DNA of 64,000 nucleotides from Blastocystis sp. Blastoise (taxonomy: Eukaryota; Protista; Bigyra: Opalinata): the NCBI GenBank assembly GCA_039096225.1, contig JBBPEB010000023.1:124001-188000 (forward strand), read 5' to 3'. The notes below the pieces were generated by a model. The model did no database searches. It was not told the DNA's origin and worked only from the letters and a program-made list of their open reading frames with translations. Of this stretch, positions 49,979 to 64,000 are shown piece after piece. The translations under genes and the position numbers were made by a program. Numbering within the stretch: the stretch's first letter is position 1; each line of letters opens with the position of its first letter.

Positions 49979-51079
49979 ATGTCAAGGTCTTCTGGAAAAA
50001 ATCGAACGAAATCGACAAATAAATACTTTGAGCAACCTATGTATGTTACAGAAACAAGAGGTTCACAGAATTCAAACAAAACTAATTTCAAAACTCAAAA
50101 GAAACAGTCTGAAAATGTTTCTAATGATACATCAAGGCAATCTAAGAAACGAAATAATGAGAAAAACCAAATGATTAATTTGGATTCCAGCTACTCTGGC
50201 AGTTCTAATGGTTGTGAAACCAAATTTGATTATTCTATGTGTATATAATATATTACTGAATAAGTTTTATAAAGAGAATTCACGATAATAATATGTTTTA
50301 ATAAATAGTATCTAATTTTTTTTGATTTTTTTTCTATATAGTAAATGTATATAATTATGCTGCTCTCTATGCGTATTATGGATATGATTACAATACAAAA
50401 TATTATCAAAGTATGTTCGAAGTTATTATGAATCAATGCTTTATTTTATAAATAATTTATAGTGGTTTTTGATTTGTCAGAAGATGAAGATGAAGATGAT
50501 TATTCTAGTGAATATTATGATTCTACGATAAGTCCTTCTGAAGAGAGTTCAGTTTCATCATCTTCAAGCAAAAATGAATCTTCATATTCATTTCCTGAAA
50601 TTAACGATTGTTCTGTAATTCATACAAATAATTATGAAAATAATAATAATGAAAAAGATGATGATTTCTGGACTGAAGTATTTTTTTTTATTATTTTATT
50701 ATTTTATTATTTTATTATTTTATTATTTTATTATTTTATTATTTTATTATTTTATTATTTTATTATTTTATTATTTTATTATTTTATTATTTATTTTATT
50801 ATTATTTTATTATTTTATTATTTTATTATTTTATTATTTTATTATTTTATTATTTATTATTTTATTGTTTTATTATTTTATTATTTTATTATTTTATTTT
50901 TTTATTATTATCAATAGATTCATTAATCATTAAAATAAGCATCTATATATATATATATATAGGAAGATGAGAATGAATTAAATAAAGTATTAAATGAGAC
51001 ATATGAAAATACGAATAAAACACTTGAAAATCATTATTTATCCTATATTTCACAACAAAAAAAGAAATTTCTATATTAA
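49979..51079 (+). CDS. Hypothetical Ser/acidic protein, 4 exons
   Basis: In-frame GT-AG exons at ~49979-50240, 50342-50410, 50463-50677 and 50963-51079. Confidence 0.55.
50690..50905. repeat. (ATTTTATT)n intronic tandem repeat
   Basis: 8-bp unit repeated more than 20 times. Confidence 0.9.
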
Positions 51080-52317
51080 TTAATTGGATTATATATATGT
51101 ATTATTCTTTTTTTAATGTATTGCTCACAATTACTTTTTCAATTTTTTATATTTATTTTTATTTTTAATATTATTCATTATAACATTTTTCTCTTTCTTC
51201 TTCTTCTTCTTCTTCTGATGGTATATATACATATATATATAATATCATTTCACATTGGGTTAATTTTCTTGTTATAATTAAATTTTTCTTTTTTTTTATT
51301 TATTTATTTAGTATACTGTATTTTATTTCTATATATAAAAGTATATATTTGCTTTTTATGATTATTCATACTCTAAAAATCATTTATATACTTTTATATA
51401 TATATTTTTATATATAACCTTATTGATTGAATAGTCTTCTAAAAATATCATGGATCATTATTTATATCAATCTAATCATAAAATATTTTTCAAATTTCAA
51501 TATTCTTTCTTCTCTCTTTTCTTCTTATTCATTTGAATCTATCTCATTATTTGGTTATATTCATTCTATTCTTATTAAAATATATATTATCTTGAATCTT
51601 TATTTTTCTTCTTCTTCTTCTTTTTATGTTTATTTCTTAGTTGTTTTGGTGTATAATTATATATATTTTTTTGTTTCGTCTAAATAATACTTTTATACAA
51701 AAATTTCATATATATAACAAATATATATATATTTGTTCTTATTACTGAATAAACTATATTTCAGTTCTTACACTTTATATATAATAAAATAATGCCAAAA
51801 ATTTCTAATAATAACTGAATAAATATATTTTTGAAGTGTAAAGAAATGTTTAAAAAAAATTGAAATGCAAAAATATTGAGCATTAAAAAATATTTAAAAA
51901 ATATTTAAAAAATATTTAAAAAAATATTTAAAAAATATTTAAAAAAATATAATAAAGGTGAATATAAATATATATATAATATAAATAACCAAAAAAAAAC
52001 AATGAATGAATCATAATTTTATCTTTTCTATTTGATGAAATAAATAGAAAACCAAAATAAAAAAAATTGAGTGAAAAATTGTTAAATGAAGCAAGAAAAA
52101 TAAGAATGTCAAAAAAAAAAAAGTATTTTATTAATATAAAGATTTGCGATAAATGCATTTAATTAAAAATAAATGAATTTAAAATATAAAGTACAAATGA
52201 ATAATAATAAAATAAAAGTAGAAAATAGAAAAAAGAGAGAGAGAAATATTTAAAGAGAGCGAGAGAGAGAAAGAGAGAGAGAATGAGAAAGTTAGCAAAT
52301 AAATATATATTTACCAT

Positions 52318-52375
<58 letters not shown>

Positions 52376-52864
52376 TAGTTATTATACATAACAATAATGA
52401 CTGTTACAAATATATAAATATATGAATAAAAAATAATAATCAATAAAAATTTATATATATTAACTATATATATATATACCTCAATATAAACACATTTAAA
52501 ATAAGTTAAAAATATCTGAAAATTTAAAAAAAATATATATATAGAGAATATTTTACTAAAAACAAAATTTAAAATTTAAAAAAATATTATAAAAAAAAAT
52601 ATTATTATATATAGAACTATATCATGGAAAAACTTTAAATATATAATTGTTTTATATACATTTGAATATAAATAATTATAAAATAGAATATAGATAGAAT
52701 ATATAATAAATATTATTATAGATGAAGAGAAGATTAAAAAAAAAGATATATATAATATGCTACAAATATATACAATAAAAAATATATATATAATAATAAT
52801 AAAATATATATATATAATATACTAAATAATTTACGATTAAAAATAAAAAAAAAAAAAGAATAAA

Positions 52865-54058
52865 TTAATGTTCTTCCATAAGTATATATGTGGAATCTAA
52901 ATACATTCCTCGATCTTTTCGTTTATTTCTTCGTTGTATACGTTTTTTATATTTCATATAATAGACAATACATATAATAATCACAAGTATAATAAATATT
53001 ATTAATATATAATAAATAGGATCTAAAGAAATAGTTAAAGTAGGATTATATTGTTGTATATTAATTTCATTAGAATCAGTATATATAGAAGAATTATCAT
53101 ATATATAGATATTATTATAATTTAAATCTGATTTAAAAGTATCTTTTAAATAAGGTATAATAAAACTAATAAAATTATTGATATCTATATATTTAATTCT
53201 ACTTCTTAACCTATATTTTGTGGATAGTTTATTATTAATAAGAATATTCTCGAAAGATAATATATATATATCATAAATAGTAAAATAACTATAAGTAATT
53301 GAAGAATAAAAAGAAAATAAAAAATGATAAAAAATATCTGGAGTAATTGAGGATATATTACTATTGGTTATATATATAGGAATATCAATAAATACAAAAG
53401 ATTCAGTTAATAAATTAATAGTAGAATAAGCATTACATAAGGATACTTCTTCATCTCTCCATTCACCAATAGAATTGATCAAATTAGCATAACAATAACG
53501 TCTTTTAACAGAAAGATTTGAATGATCACAAAATACATAAGCATAATTATGCGTTGGTGTCGTTGGCCAATCATTATCCTTATAACAAATTGGTTCTCCA
53601 ATAGAAATAGTAATATTAACTTTATAATTTCCACTGGCATTAGATCCAGTAATAGTAAATAATGTTTTAGTAAATAATATTAAACATCTACCACTTAATG
53701 TACCTGTTTCACTTGAAAAGAAAAGACCTGAATTTGTAGGTATTTTTGGAGCAATATTATAATATTCAACAAAAGTAGATGTTTCTGATTTTAATAAAAT
53801 TGTTTGATTCAATACTAAATCGATATTTACCATTGAATAATAAAAAACAGGAGGTTTATAGGTACAATTATCAATAATTGAATCCCATTCAGGATAAACA
53901 CTATTTTTACAATAACGTATTCTAGAACCTTCTTTTGTAGAAGTTAAACAAGGTAAAGAATAAAAATGACCTTTGATTGTTTCTTTCCAATCTCCATCAT
54001 CAAAACAAACAAGTGAGATCGATTTCATTAATATATTTATACGAACTAAATTAATAGA

Positions 54059-54096
<38 letters not shown>

Positions 54097-57000
54097 CATC
54101 ATTATTATCATTTTCTAATAATTGAGTTGATGAAGATGATGATGAAGAATATTCTGATGATTCTTTATTGATTTCAAATGCAGATGATTTAGTAAAACTA
54201 TTATTCTTTTGATAATATCCAAAAATAAAGAATGTTGTTAAATTAAATATTGTTAATGGTGTTCCATAAATATGTCCATTTTGTTCATCTATAGATAATC
54301 CTTGAGGAAGAGCTGGAAATGAAGTAAAATTAGAAATAGTATATATAGAAATAGGATAATAATCAATAATAGATTGTTTATAATTCATAGTTATTTGTTG
54401 AGTATTATAATAAAATAAAGGTGAATTATAATAACAATTATCTATAGGTTCATCCCATTGTGATTCTTCAAAACAATATCTTTCTCTATATCCCTTCATT
54501 AATGCATTATTACAAGGTAAATAAGCATAACTATTCGATATTGTATTAGGCCATTCTTTGTCTGTTTCACAATAGCCTGTGGATCTTATAATACGAACTT
54601 GAACTGATGAACCTGGATAAACAATAGATGTAGACGCCGATATAGTATAAGTTATATCTGAATATATTATACTATCGTTCATGGCTTTTATTGTACTATT
54701 CTTATTATATGTATCATTATTTAATAAATTATTATCTTTATCATTATTTAATAAATTATTATTTTTATCATCATTTAATATATTATTATATTTATCATTA
54801 TTTAATATATTATTATATTTATTATTTAATATATTATTATATTTATTATTTAATATATTATTATATTTATTATTATTTAATAAATTACTATTTTTATCAT
54901 TATTTAATATATTATTATCTTTATCATTATTTAATATATTATTATTTTTATCATTATTTAATATATTATTATTTTTATCATTATTTAATATATTATTATG
55001 AATACTCTTATTATTTATATTATTATAATATTGATTATTATTATTATGTTTAGGATAATCCGATTGTGATTGTATTACACCTGTTAATGGATTAAAACTA
55101 AGTTGTTGATATTCGGGATTTGGAGTAATAGTAAGAGATATAGATTGTCCTGTTAATATAGAGGGTCTTATAAGAATATCTTCAAATGGACTATATACAT
55201 ATATATTAAATTCATATTCTATATGAACAAAAGAAGAGATATCGATACAATTGGTAGAAACATTATTCCATTCAGGAGGATTTGTGTTTTGACATACACG
55301 TGTTATAGAACCATAGAAAGAGTCCTTACAAGATAAAGTTGCTGTATTTCCCGCGGGAGTAATTGGCCATTCACCATCTTCATCACAATAATCATGAAGT
55401 GTAGTATTATAGACATATAACATAAATGTATAATTCATAGTACTTAACGAAGTAGTTGCTTGTATAATATGTTCAGTAGGAAGTTGTGTTTCTATGGGTA
55501 TACCTGACAGAATTCCTGAGGTTTCATCTAGATGAATTCCCGCGGGGAATGGAGGAGTTACAGTATAACGAATAGATATAGTATCAACATAAGGATAATG
55601 AATATCCATCATAATATTCACGGGAATATGCATATATTGATTTGTAATATTATAATAAAATAATTTTAAATATGTTGGATAACAATCTTTTAGATTATAT
55701 TCCGTAAAAATACCATTAATACATTGTTTATATTTATATCCATTAAATAGGTGACTACAAGTATCAAAATAATATTCTCCATTATTTACAATAATAGATT
55801 CATTTTTATTATTTATATGTATACAATAATTTGTTATTGATTTTGAATAAAATGATAATTCTGATAATTCAAATCGTTTTAATCGACAATGAGGATCTTC
55901 AGGAGATATTCCTTTTAATATAGAAGAAGTAGAAATAATTATTGAATTATTATACTTATTATTATACTTATTATTATACTTATTATTATATTTATTATTA
56001 TATTTATTATTATTATTATTAACAACATCATTATAATCTAAATTCTTTGAAGAATAGAATAATGAATTTTGATCTTTAGATAATAATAAATCTGTCATAT
56101 TATTAATAATTTCTGGAGAATCTAAAAAACGAAATTGATATATAGAATAAGATTTCGTATTTTGAAATGAGAAATCTAGTTGTTGATAATCATATTCAAA
56201 TATTGCACCATTAACAGTATGTAATAATTCCCAATTATCTTCATCATTATTACTACCATATAATGACCATAAAACAGGTCTATAGGAATCACAACCATTA
56301 CTTATAGTTAAAGAATAACTGTTTATATACTCAGATCGATCTTTAAATATATAATTTATATATAAATTTTCATATCTATAGACACTCCATTTTGTATATA
56401 TATTATTATCAAATAAATTCTTATACGAATAATTGATATCACCTGTATATTGTGTCTCTCCATAACCACGGGAATTCATATTAATATTATGATATATACA
56501 ATTTATTTTCATATCAAAAATGGATTGTATACTATTATTAGGTCCTCTATGAAATTCTAATGCTAAAAATAATGTATTTCCATAAATAAATAAATTATCC
56601 ATAAATTGAAAATTAATACTACCGCCAATATTTTTTGGTATAGTATAACTTTCTATAGCTTCAGTTGTACTATATATTTTATTATTATTAGGCATGTTAT
56701 ATCTATATATTTCTTTCCCATTAATATACATTAATATACCTCCTGTTAGATTAAATGAATATTCATATAATACTAATGATGTTGGTAGAGTAAATATATA
56801 ATTAGTAACATAATAATATGTAATACCAATAGGGTGAGTTATTAAAGATTTTATATTCTGTTTCCAATTATTATTTGGTATATTTTTATATGTTTTCCAA
56901 GAATCATCAATTGTAGGTGAATCTAAATTATATAAATATATCCATTGTGTATTAATAGGGAAAGATAACCGTGGGAAATAAATAGGTATATATTTATTAA

Positions 57001-60000
57001 TAGGCATATATTTACAATTGAAAGTATCCATAATATTATTATCAACATTTAAAGAAAAAACAGAAGATCCCCACGGGAAATCCACAGAATTTTGAAATTG
57101 AATACGAAAATCAATTTGTCTCATGCATGTATATATACTATATTTTTCATATGGCATAAAATGAGAAGATGTATAAAGCATAGTAGAATCTGATTTATAT
57201 AAAAATAATACTTTATTTCCATCATAATAAGGACTTTCAGTATATAATTCATATTGTAGTAAAGTATTTGGATATATACATGATTCAATAATTAATTGAA
57301 TAGAACCAGTTTTTAAAACATCATTAGAAGTAGATGTTAATTTATAATTAATACTATAGGTACCTTCTTCTTCAGGAGATCCCTCAATAACCGCGGTTAA
57401 AGGGTTAATTTTAAGACCTTTTGGAAGAGTTGTATAACTAATCGAGACTCTCTTAAAATCAGAAATAGGAATAATAATCACGGGGAAAAACAAAAAGAAA
57501 TGATATATTGTATATGGATATAATTGATTATCATTAGAAACAGCCATAGAAGATAGTGTAGTAAATAATTCTATTTGTGATAATTCTATATAAGAAAGAG
57601 AAGAAGAAGTAGAAGATTTAAAATGTGTATTATTATTATTATTGATATTATTTTGTATATTATTATTATTATTATTGTTATTATTATTAATATTCATATA
57701 TGTAGATATAGTATTTTTATTAATATCAATAATGGGATTAATAGGATTATCTACTTCTGTAGGTGTGAAAAAGAAGAATAAATAAGTATTAAATATTTCT
57801 TTATGTTGATAAGTTAAAAAGCATTTCTTTTCATTTAATCCTTTAAATTGAATATAATATCTCATATCTAATAAAATACAATATTTATTAATTGTTTCAC
57901 TTATATATAAAATATTAGTATAGTCCATTGAATCTGTATATATTATGTGTTTAATAAGACTATCACAACCATAAAAATACCAATGTTTTGGACTTGAAAG
58001 AAGAGAATGACGATTATTAATTATACAATATTGATTCACTATTTCATAATGATATATAGATTTATAAGATACAAACAATAGATTATATTGTGAATAATAT
58101 TCATAATCTTCTGGAAAAGAAAAAGAAGCAAATGAAGTACTATTATTATTATTATTATCATTATACTTATTATTATTATTATCATTATTATTATACTTAT
58201 TATTATCATTATTATTATACTTATTTTCCTTTGAATAAGATACATAATTTTGATTATATTCTGTTTTATTTCGTATAGAATCATATATATCCATCTTATT
58301 TTTAATAGTGTTTATTGTCATATTTATTGTATAATCATTAGAATAATCATTATTAGTTAATAATTCTGTTATATTCCCATAAATATCTTGACTTATCATG
58401 GAGATAGATCGACTAGCTAAAAGATTATTCATAATAAATCTTAATGTTGCTGAAAATGTCACAATAAATGGAAATTTGATTGTATCCGGATAATTTACAT
58501 TAATAGCAAGTATATGATTAGAATTCCTTATAAATGTATTCTTTAACACTAATTGATGAACAATAGATTGTGTGTAATTAATTGATGAATCAGAAGTAAT
58601 AGGATATTGTGATGAATATAATGTATTATTATCTAAATATACAATAATAGAAGGTGGTGCATAAAATATATATTCAATTATATCTGAATATATAGTATCT
58701 ACAGTAAATGATAATCGATAATATTGTTTAGAAGACATTGTATATAGAGTAGAAATACCATAATTCATTATTGTATTTGTATTTACTAATAATGATGAAA
58801 TTGTCATATTATTATTATTATTATCTTTATTATTATTTTCATTATTATCTTCATTATCAATATTATTACCAACATTATTATATTTATCATCTTTATTACC
58901 ATTTTTATTATCAATATTATTATCAATATTATTATATTCTTTATTATCAACTAAATAACAAGGAATCCAAGAAGAAGATGGAATATAATCAGGGGAATAC
59001 CAAGGTTCTAAATATAAATCTTTATTTATATTTTGTTTTTTATTAATATCTTCTTTATTAGTATATACATTTTCACATAACATACGTGAATCAAAAATAG
59101 GTATAATATAATATAAACTAATTTGAGATGTAGAAGAAAAATCATAATGTAAAGAATTATTATATATAAGAAAAGAATAGTAAGGTTGTATAATAGTAAG
59201 AGATAAAGAAGAAGATGAAGACCATTTTTCTGTTTTATTATTATATAATTGAATTGAATAAATATTATTCGATAAATGTAAATAAGTAGATATCGTAGAA
59301 TTATTATTTAATTTATTTTGATATATATTATTACCAGAAGAGTCAAGAATACGTATATATTCAGAATTATTATTAGTAATCATACTTGAGCTTTCTAAGT
59401 GTATATTAATATATTTATTAGAATCGAATATATTGACAATAAATCGAAGGTTACACTTTAATAAATATCCAGTTATATAATCAACAGCATATACAGTAAT
59501 AAGTGTATCTAATGGTTGACTTAGAATTCCCGTGATTATTCCTGTAGAGTTTTGAATATGAACTGTATTAAAGAATAGATTTGTAGATAGAATATGAAAA
59601 TTAAATAAATTTGATTGTATTGGTGTAATATTAGTTATAGGTTCATTTATATTAATAGTATATGTATTAGAAGGATAAGAAAAAGTAGAGTTATTAGAGA
59701 TATAAATGGGATATTCAGATTGATATGTATTGAATGATACTGATAATAATGTAGAAAATAATAGATTAGATATATTTGGATACATAGAATATAAAATTGG
59801 ATTATAAATAGAAGAAGAAGTATATGTAGTATTTATAGGATTTATAGAAATAAAATTATTATTTTTATTATTTAAATTTCTATCATTATTTTTATTTATA
59901 TCGTTATCTTTATTTATATCATTATTTTTGTCTATATTTCCATGATATAAAGAATGACTGACTGTTAATATTAATTGACATTTATATATAATAAATAAAT

Positions 60001-62095
60001 AATAGCCATTGGTTATTGTACTATTATAATAAGGATTGCTAATAGAAATATGATTTAGAAAAGAATTCGATCGACTTGATGAATAATGAGAATAATTCCC
60101 ATAATTATCTATAGTTGGAGGAGTCATATTCCCGTGTTTATTTAGATAAAAATAAAGATTAGCAATAGAAGATTGATTTAATGAAATCATATGTATATAA
60201 TGATCAGGATCAATAAATGAAGAAAGAGATATAGAAGAAGGAAGAATAAAGAATTGAGTAAAAGACCGAATAAATGTAGACCATAGATTAGGAATATAAT
60301 ATGTTGATGTTATAAGATAAGAATAGGTAACTGTAGAATTCATTTCATTCTCTATTATAGTACAAGATGATAAATTCATTGTAGATCCCAGATTTTTATA
60401 CATTTCATATGGTTCACTTAAAGATTCTGAATATATAGTATTTGATAGTGGTTTATATGAATTATGTTTATATAGAATAGTATTCTTTGATAATGATGAT
60501 GTTAATAATAATGATGAATTTGAAGAAGAAGAAGAAGAAGAAGAAGAAGAAGATAATGATATATTTTTAGAAGAAGAAGAAGAAGAAGATATATTTGTAG
60601 AAGAAGATATATTTGTAGAAGAAGATATATTTGTAGAAGAAGAATGTGAAGATAATAAGGATAATGATTCATTTTGTATTTTAGTATATGAATTATATAC
60701 AGATAACATTTCATTAGGATTTGATAAAGTAATATTTGAATTCATAATAGTAAAAGAATGTGAGATAGGTGAAGAACTTAGATATAAAGAAATAGAAAGA
60801 GGAGGAGATTCTATAATATATTCTTTATTTACTTTTATTTTTATAGATATACAGAATTGTCTATTTAAATTATTCTTATTTGTATATATAGTTCCTGGAA
60901 TTATATAATCATCAAATGATCCTGGAAGAATTAATTTATATATATATAAAGAATCTCCTATATATTCAATATCAGAATTTTGTATATCTACTAGAATTCC
61001 ATTTATATATACATTCTCTATAATACCTTTATATACATGTATATAAAAAATAAAATAATGAAATAAATAATCAGCAGAAGATAATTCGATTGATTTTCGA
61101 TAATAATAAAAAGAATCCATACGATCTTCTTTTAGTTTTATATTTCTATATGAATAGGTATTGTTTACGTAAGAAGAAGAAGAAAAAGAAGAAAAGTTAT
61201 TATTATTAGAAGAAGAAAAATTATTTGGGAAATTAAAATTAGAAGAATTTGAAGAATTAGAATTTAAATTAGAAGAAGAATTAGAATTCACATAAGAATT
61301 AAAATTATAAGAAGAATTAAAATTAAAATTTAAAGTAGAAAATTGATTTGTAGTTGTTACATATCGAGTATAAAAAGTATCTATATATATATTATTAACT
61401 GAATTCCATGTATTATCCTTATAGGAAATAGTATTCCAATCAGATCCAATAATTGTTCCTGATTGGTCATCTTCATTATATTTAATAGAATCAAAATAAT
61501 GATCATATGAAGATACTATACAAAATATATATATATATATATCTTATACATTATTATAATAAATAGTATTATTTATTATTCTGTTATTAACAATTATTAT
61601 TTTTTTATAAATTATAAATATGTATATATACAATCAACAATCCATTCAGCTCGTTTTTGGATATCTTTACGAAATAATAACTGAATTAAACCAATTTGTA
61701 TCAAAGTTGTCGTTCCAACAGAAAAATCCATATTTCTACTATATTGAAAATATTTGTTTATTATTTAAAAAAATTAAAAACGTATAAAAAAATAAAAACC
61801 ATACATAAAGTTGATTTCAATTGAATAACGACTCAGAGAAAGACAATAATCAGACTTCAGGTTATCATTATATATCGGTTTGATCCACCTTTTATAATAA
61901 TTTGATTCTATTTGATACCATTCAAACACATGAATTGTTTCATAAACACTCTTTTCATTCGAATAATAGATAGATACCAATTTTTCAGTCTCAGTTAGAC
62001 ATTGGCACTCTCCAACTATATGAAATAAAAGAAAAACATACTATGAAAATACATGTTAAGAAAAGTAACAATAAAATAAAGATCATATGACTCAT
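52865..62095 (-). CDS. Giant (~3000 aa) type-I membrane surface protein with putative-Ig (He_PIG-like) repeats, Cys modules and F5/8-like domains
   Basis: Signal peptide MSHMIFILLLLFL from ATG 62095 and three GT-AG introns lead into one ~8.6-kb exon. It has repeated LPxGLxIDxxxGxIxGxP and CxxDxxWPxT..LxC..GxxxRxC..W units, a C-terminal TM (YYILIIFIILVIIICIVYYM) and a basic tail. Confidence 0.85.
54700..55000 (-). repeat. Coding minisatellite (24/27-bp units) encoding NNILNN(D)K
   Basis: About 11 tandem units inside the 2808-aa ORF. Confidence 0.85.
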
Positions 62096-63336
62096 TTGAT
62101 CAGGTTTTCATATATATATCTTATTTTATTGATCGAATACGTTTAGAATAGAGCAGATTATTCAAATAAAACACATCCAAATTAAAGTTTGCCTTTTTTT
62201 TTTGTTTTTTATTATTGGAGAAGCGTGGAACAATCGTGGAGTCTTTTTCTTTCAAAGTCTTTTCTTTCATAAACATGTGTTTTGATGAATCAATTTAATT
62301 CATGGATACTCTAGAATATCATAAACAAACGTCTATTCATTTGAACTGCATTAATGAAGTAACATTTTGATTGTTTGTAATTATTATTCTTTTTAAATCA
62401 AATGTTAATCAGTTTAATACTCATGATTTGAATATGAAGTTTCCCGAAATTATCATTTTTAAATAAGAATTGCAAAATTATATTGATTTAACAATCATAA
62501 ATGTGTTCAAGTGTAAAGATTCTTTTTCTTATTATAACAATTTCAGTCAATTTACTATATTTATATGAATACTGATATTTTCATTTGCAAGAGAGTATTA
62601 TTCAGGTTGTTCCATAGCAAAATGTTGTTTTTTACCCTAGAAAAAAGAAGATTCTTTATATTATTATAAGGATGGTATTTCCTAAAGAATAGCAATTGTT
62701 TCTAAGCATAATAACTATTCAAAAAAAGATATAATGTGTTGTTTCAGTTATAATATGTTGAATAGAATTTCTAATCTTCTTCTTGGTTTCTACAATCTTT
62801 ATTTCATAAAATGATAAAACTATTTCAAAATAATACTTTATGAAAACAAAAGGAAATAGAAAAAAAATAAAATCTCTTCACAAAAACTATGTTTTCTTTC
62901 ATTGAATTTGTTTTTTTTTTTAAGTTATGTTGTTCTTCATTTAGTATGCATTTGTTATTTAAAGAAAGACTCAGAAAAGAAAATTGATTTTCTAATAATT
63001 CACTGGTAGTTAAAGATTTATATACTATTTAATATCAATGGGTATTCATACATATATATATTCATGTATATAATCAATTTGATAAAATGGATTCACGTTT
63101 GTGGAAGAAGAGAAACAAATAAAAAAAAAGAAGAAAAATAGGAAGACACAATTTCATTGGTTGTTGACAGCAGACTTCGAATTAGCCAATAAGATCGGTT
63201 AAGATAAAACTGGATATTCCCATGAAAAATGGGATCACACGAAACAACACGAAAGCCCTTTGTTTGTCATGGCACAGTTATAAGAAAACTTTTGTTTTCA
63301 TATTGAATGTGAAATTCTAATTATCTTATTGAAATT

Positions 63337-64000
63337 ATGGATTTGAAAAAGAATCAAATACCAGATCTTCAAAAGGTTGTATCAAATCCTGTTAAACCAG
63401 GTGTTTACTCAGAGATGTGGAGTGATATTGTTCAAATCACTACTGGTGAAGATCCTTCTTCTATTATTCAAACTAAAGTTAACATACCTTATAAAGGAAT
63501 TTCTTATACACTAAGTTTAGGTCGTTCACAAGAAGATATTTTAGTTGGAACAAATATTAAATATCAAAATACTAATTTTTTAGGAGAGATTCAAGTTGAT
63601 AAAGACCAATCGATAAGTATACAAACATATTCAGAATTAAGTAAACAAGTTCTTGCCACATTAGGGTTTACTGTATATATTATTATTATTATTTTATTAT
63701 TATGTTTTTTATTATATTTATTATTATGTTTATTATTTTATTATTATTATTATATTATTATGTTTATTATGTTATTATTATTATTATATTATTATGTTTA
63801 TTATTATATATAGCATTCTTTAGAAAATAAGATTATTAATTATAATGTTGGTATTCAATATTCAAATAAAAACTGTGGCATGCAATTAATGGTATATATT
63901 TTGTTTTAATAATATATATTTATATTATTATTATTTATTATATATAATATATTTATTATAGATTAATAACACACAAGGATTATCAGCTACTTATTTACAA
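63337..64000 (+). CDS. Possible Tom40/porin-3 family beta-barrel protein, truncated by the window end
   Basis: N-terminal PVKPGVYSEMWSDIVQ resembles the Tom40 PG-x-x-E helix and is followed by alternating beta-strand patterns. GT-AG introns at 63673-63812 and ~63892-63961. Confidence 0.4.

Noticed and set aside
35205-61291. Alternative genetic code or stop reassignment
   Set aside because: Multi-kb ORFs are open under the standard code. The in-frame TAAs at 45942-45944 and 42118-42120 are better explained as intron ends because motif spacing leaves no room for extra residues.

Overview
This is a very AT-rich (about 80% by eye), gene-dense, intron-rich eukaryotic nuclear window. Gene families and intron style suggest a Blastocystis-like anaerobic stramenopile; this is an inference. 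I can build about 20 spliced protein genes: PSP1-domain, exon-per-repeat LRR-like, spastin-like AAA, a bacterial-type rifamycin-phosphotransferase-like enzyme, tafazzin, Acl4, DMAP1/SWC4, TLDc, C19orf53-like, DHX37, twin CX9C, PPIL2, RBM5/10, ARGLU1-like, a giant Ig-like surface protein and a partial Tom40-like gene. There is also one tRNA-Val(GAC) and many (TA)n/(TAA)n microsatellites. Three signals stand out. (1) A CpG-containing quasi-palindrome, TTCCC(GC/AC/GT)GGGAA, recurs inside coding exons in all three frames and both orientations, far above chance. (2) Several (TA)n-built introns have non-canonical ends (GT-AA, AT-AG, GT-AC), some forced by conserved protein motifs, and they coexist with U12-type AT-AC and AT-AA introns. 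(3) An intron-containing RPH-like gene looks laterally acquired. Most poly-I/Y/N/L ORFs in the supplied track are microsatellite artefacts. All gene models were spliced by hand and no database searches were run.
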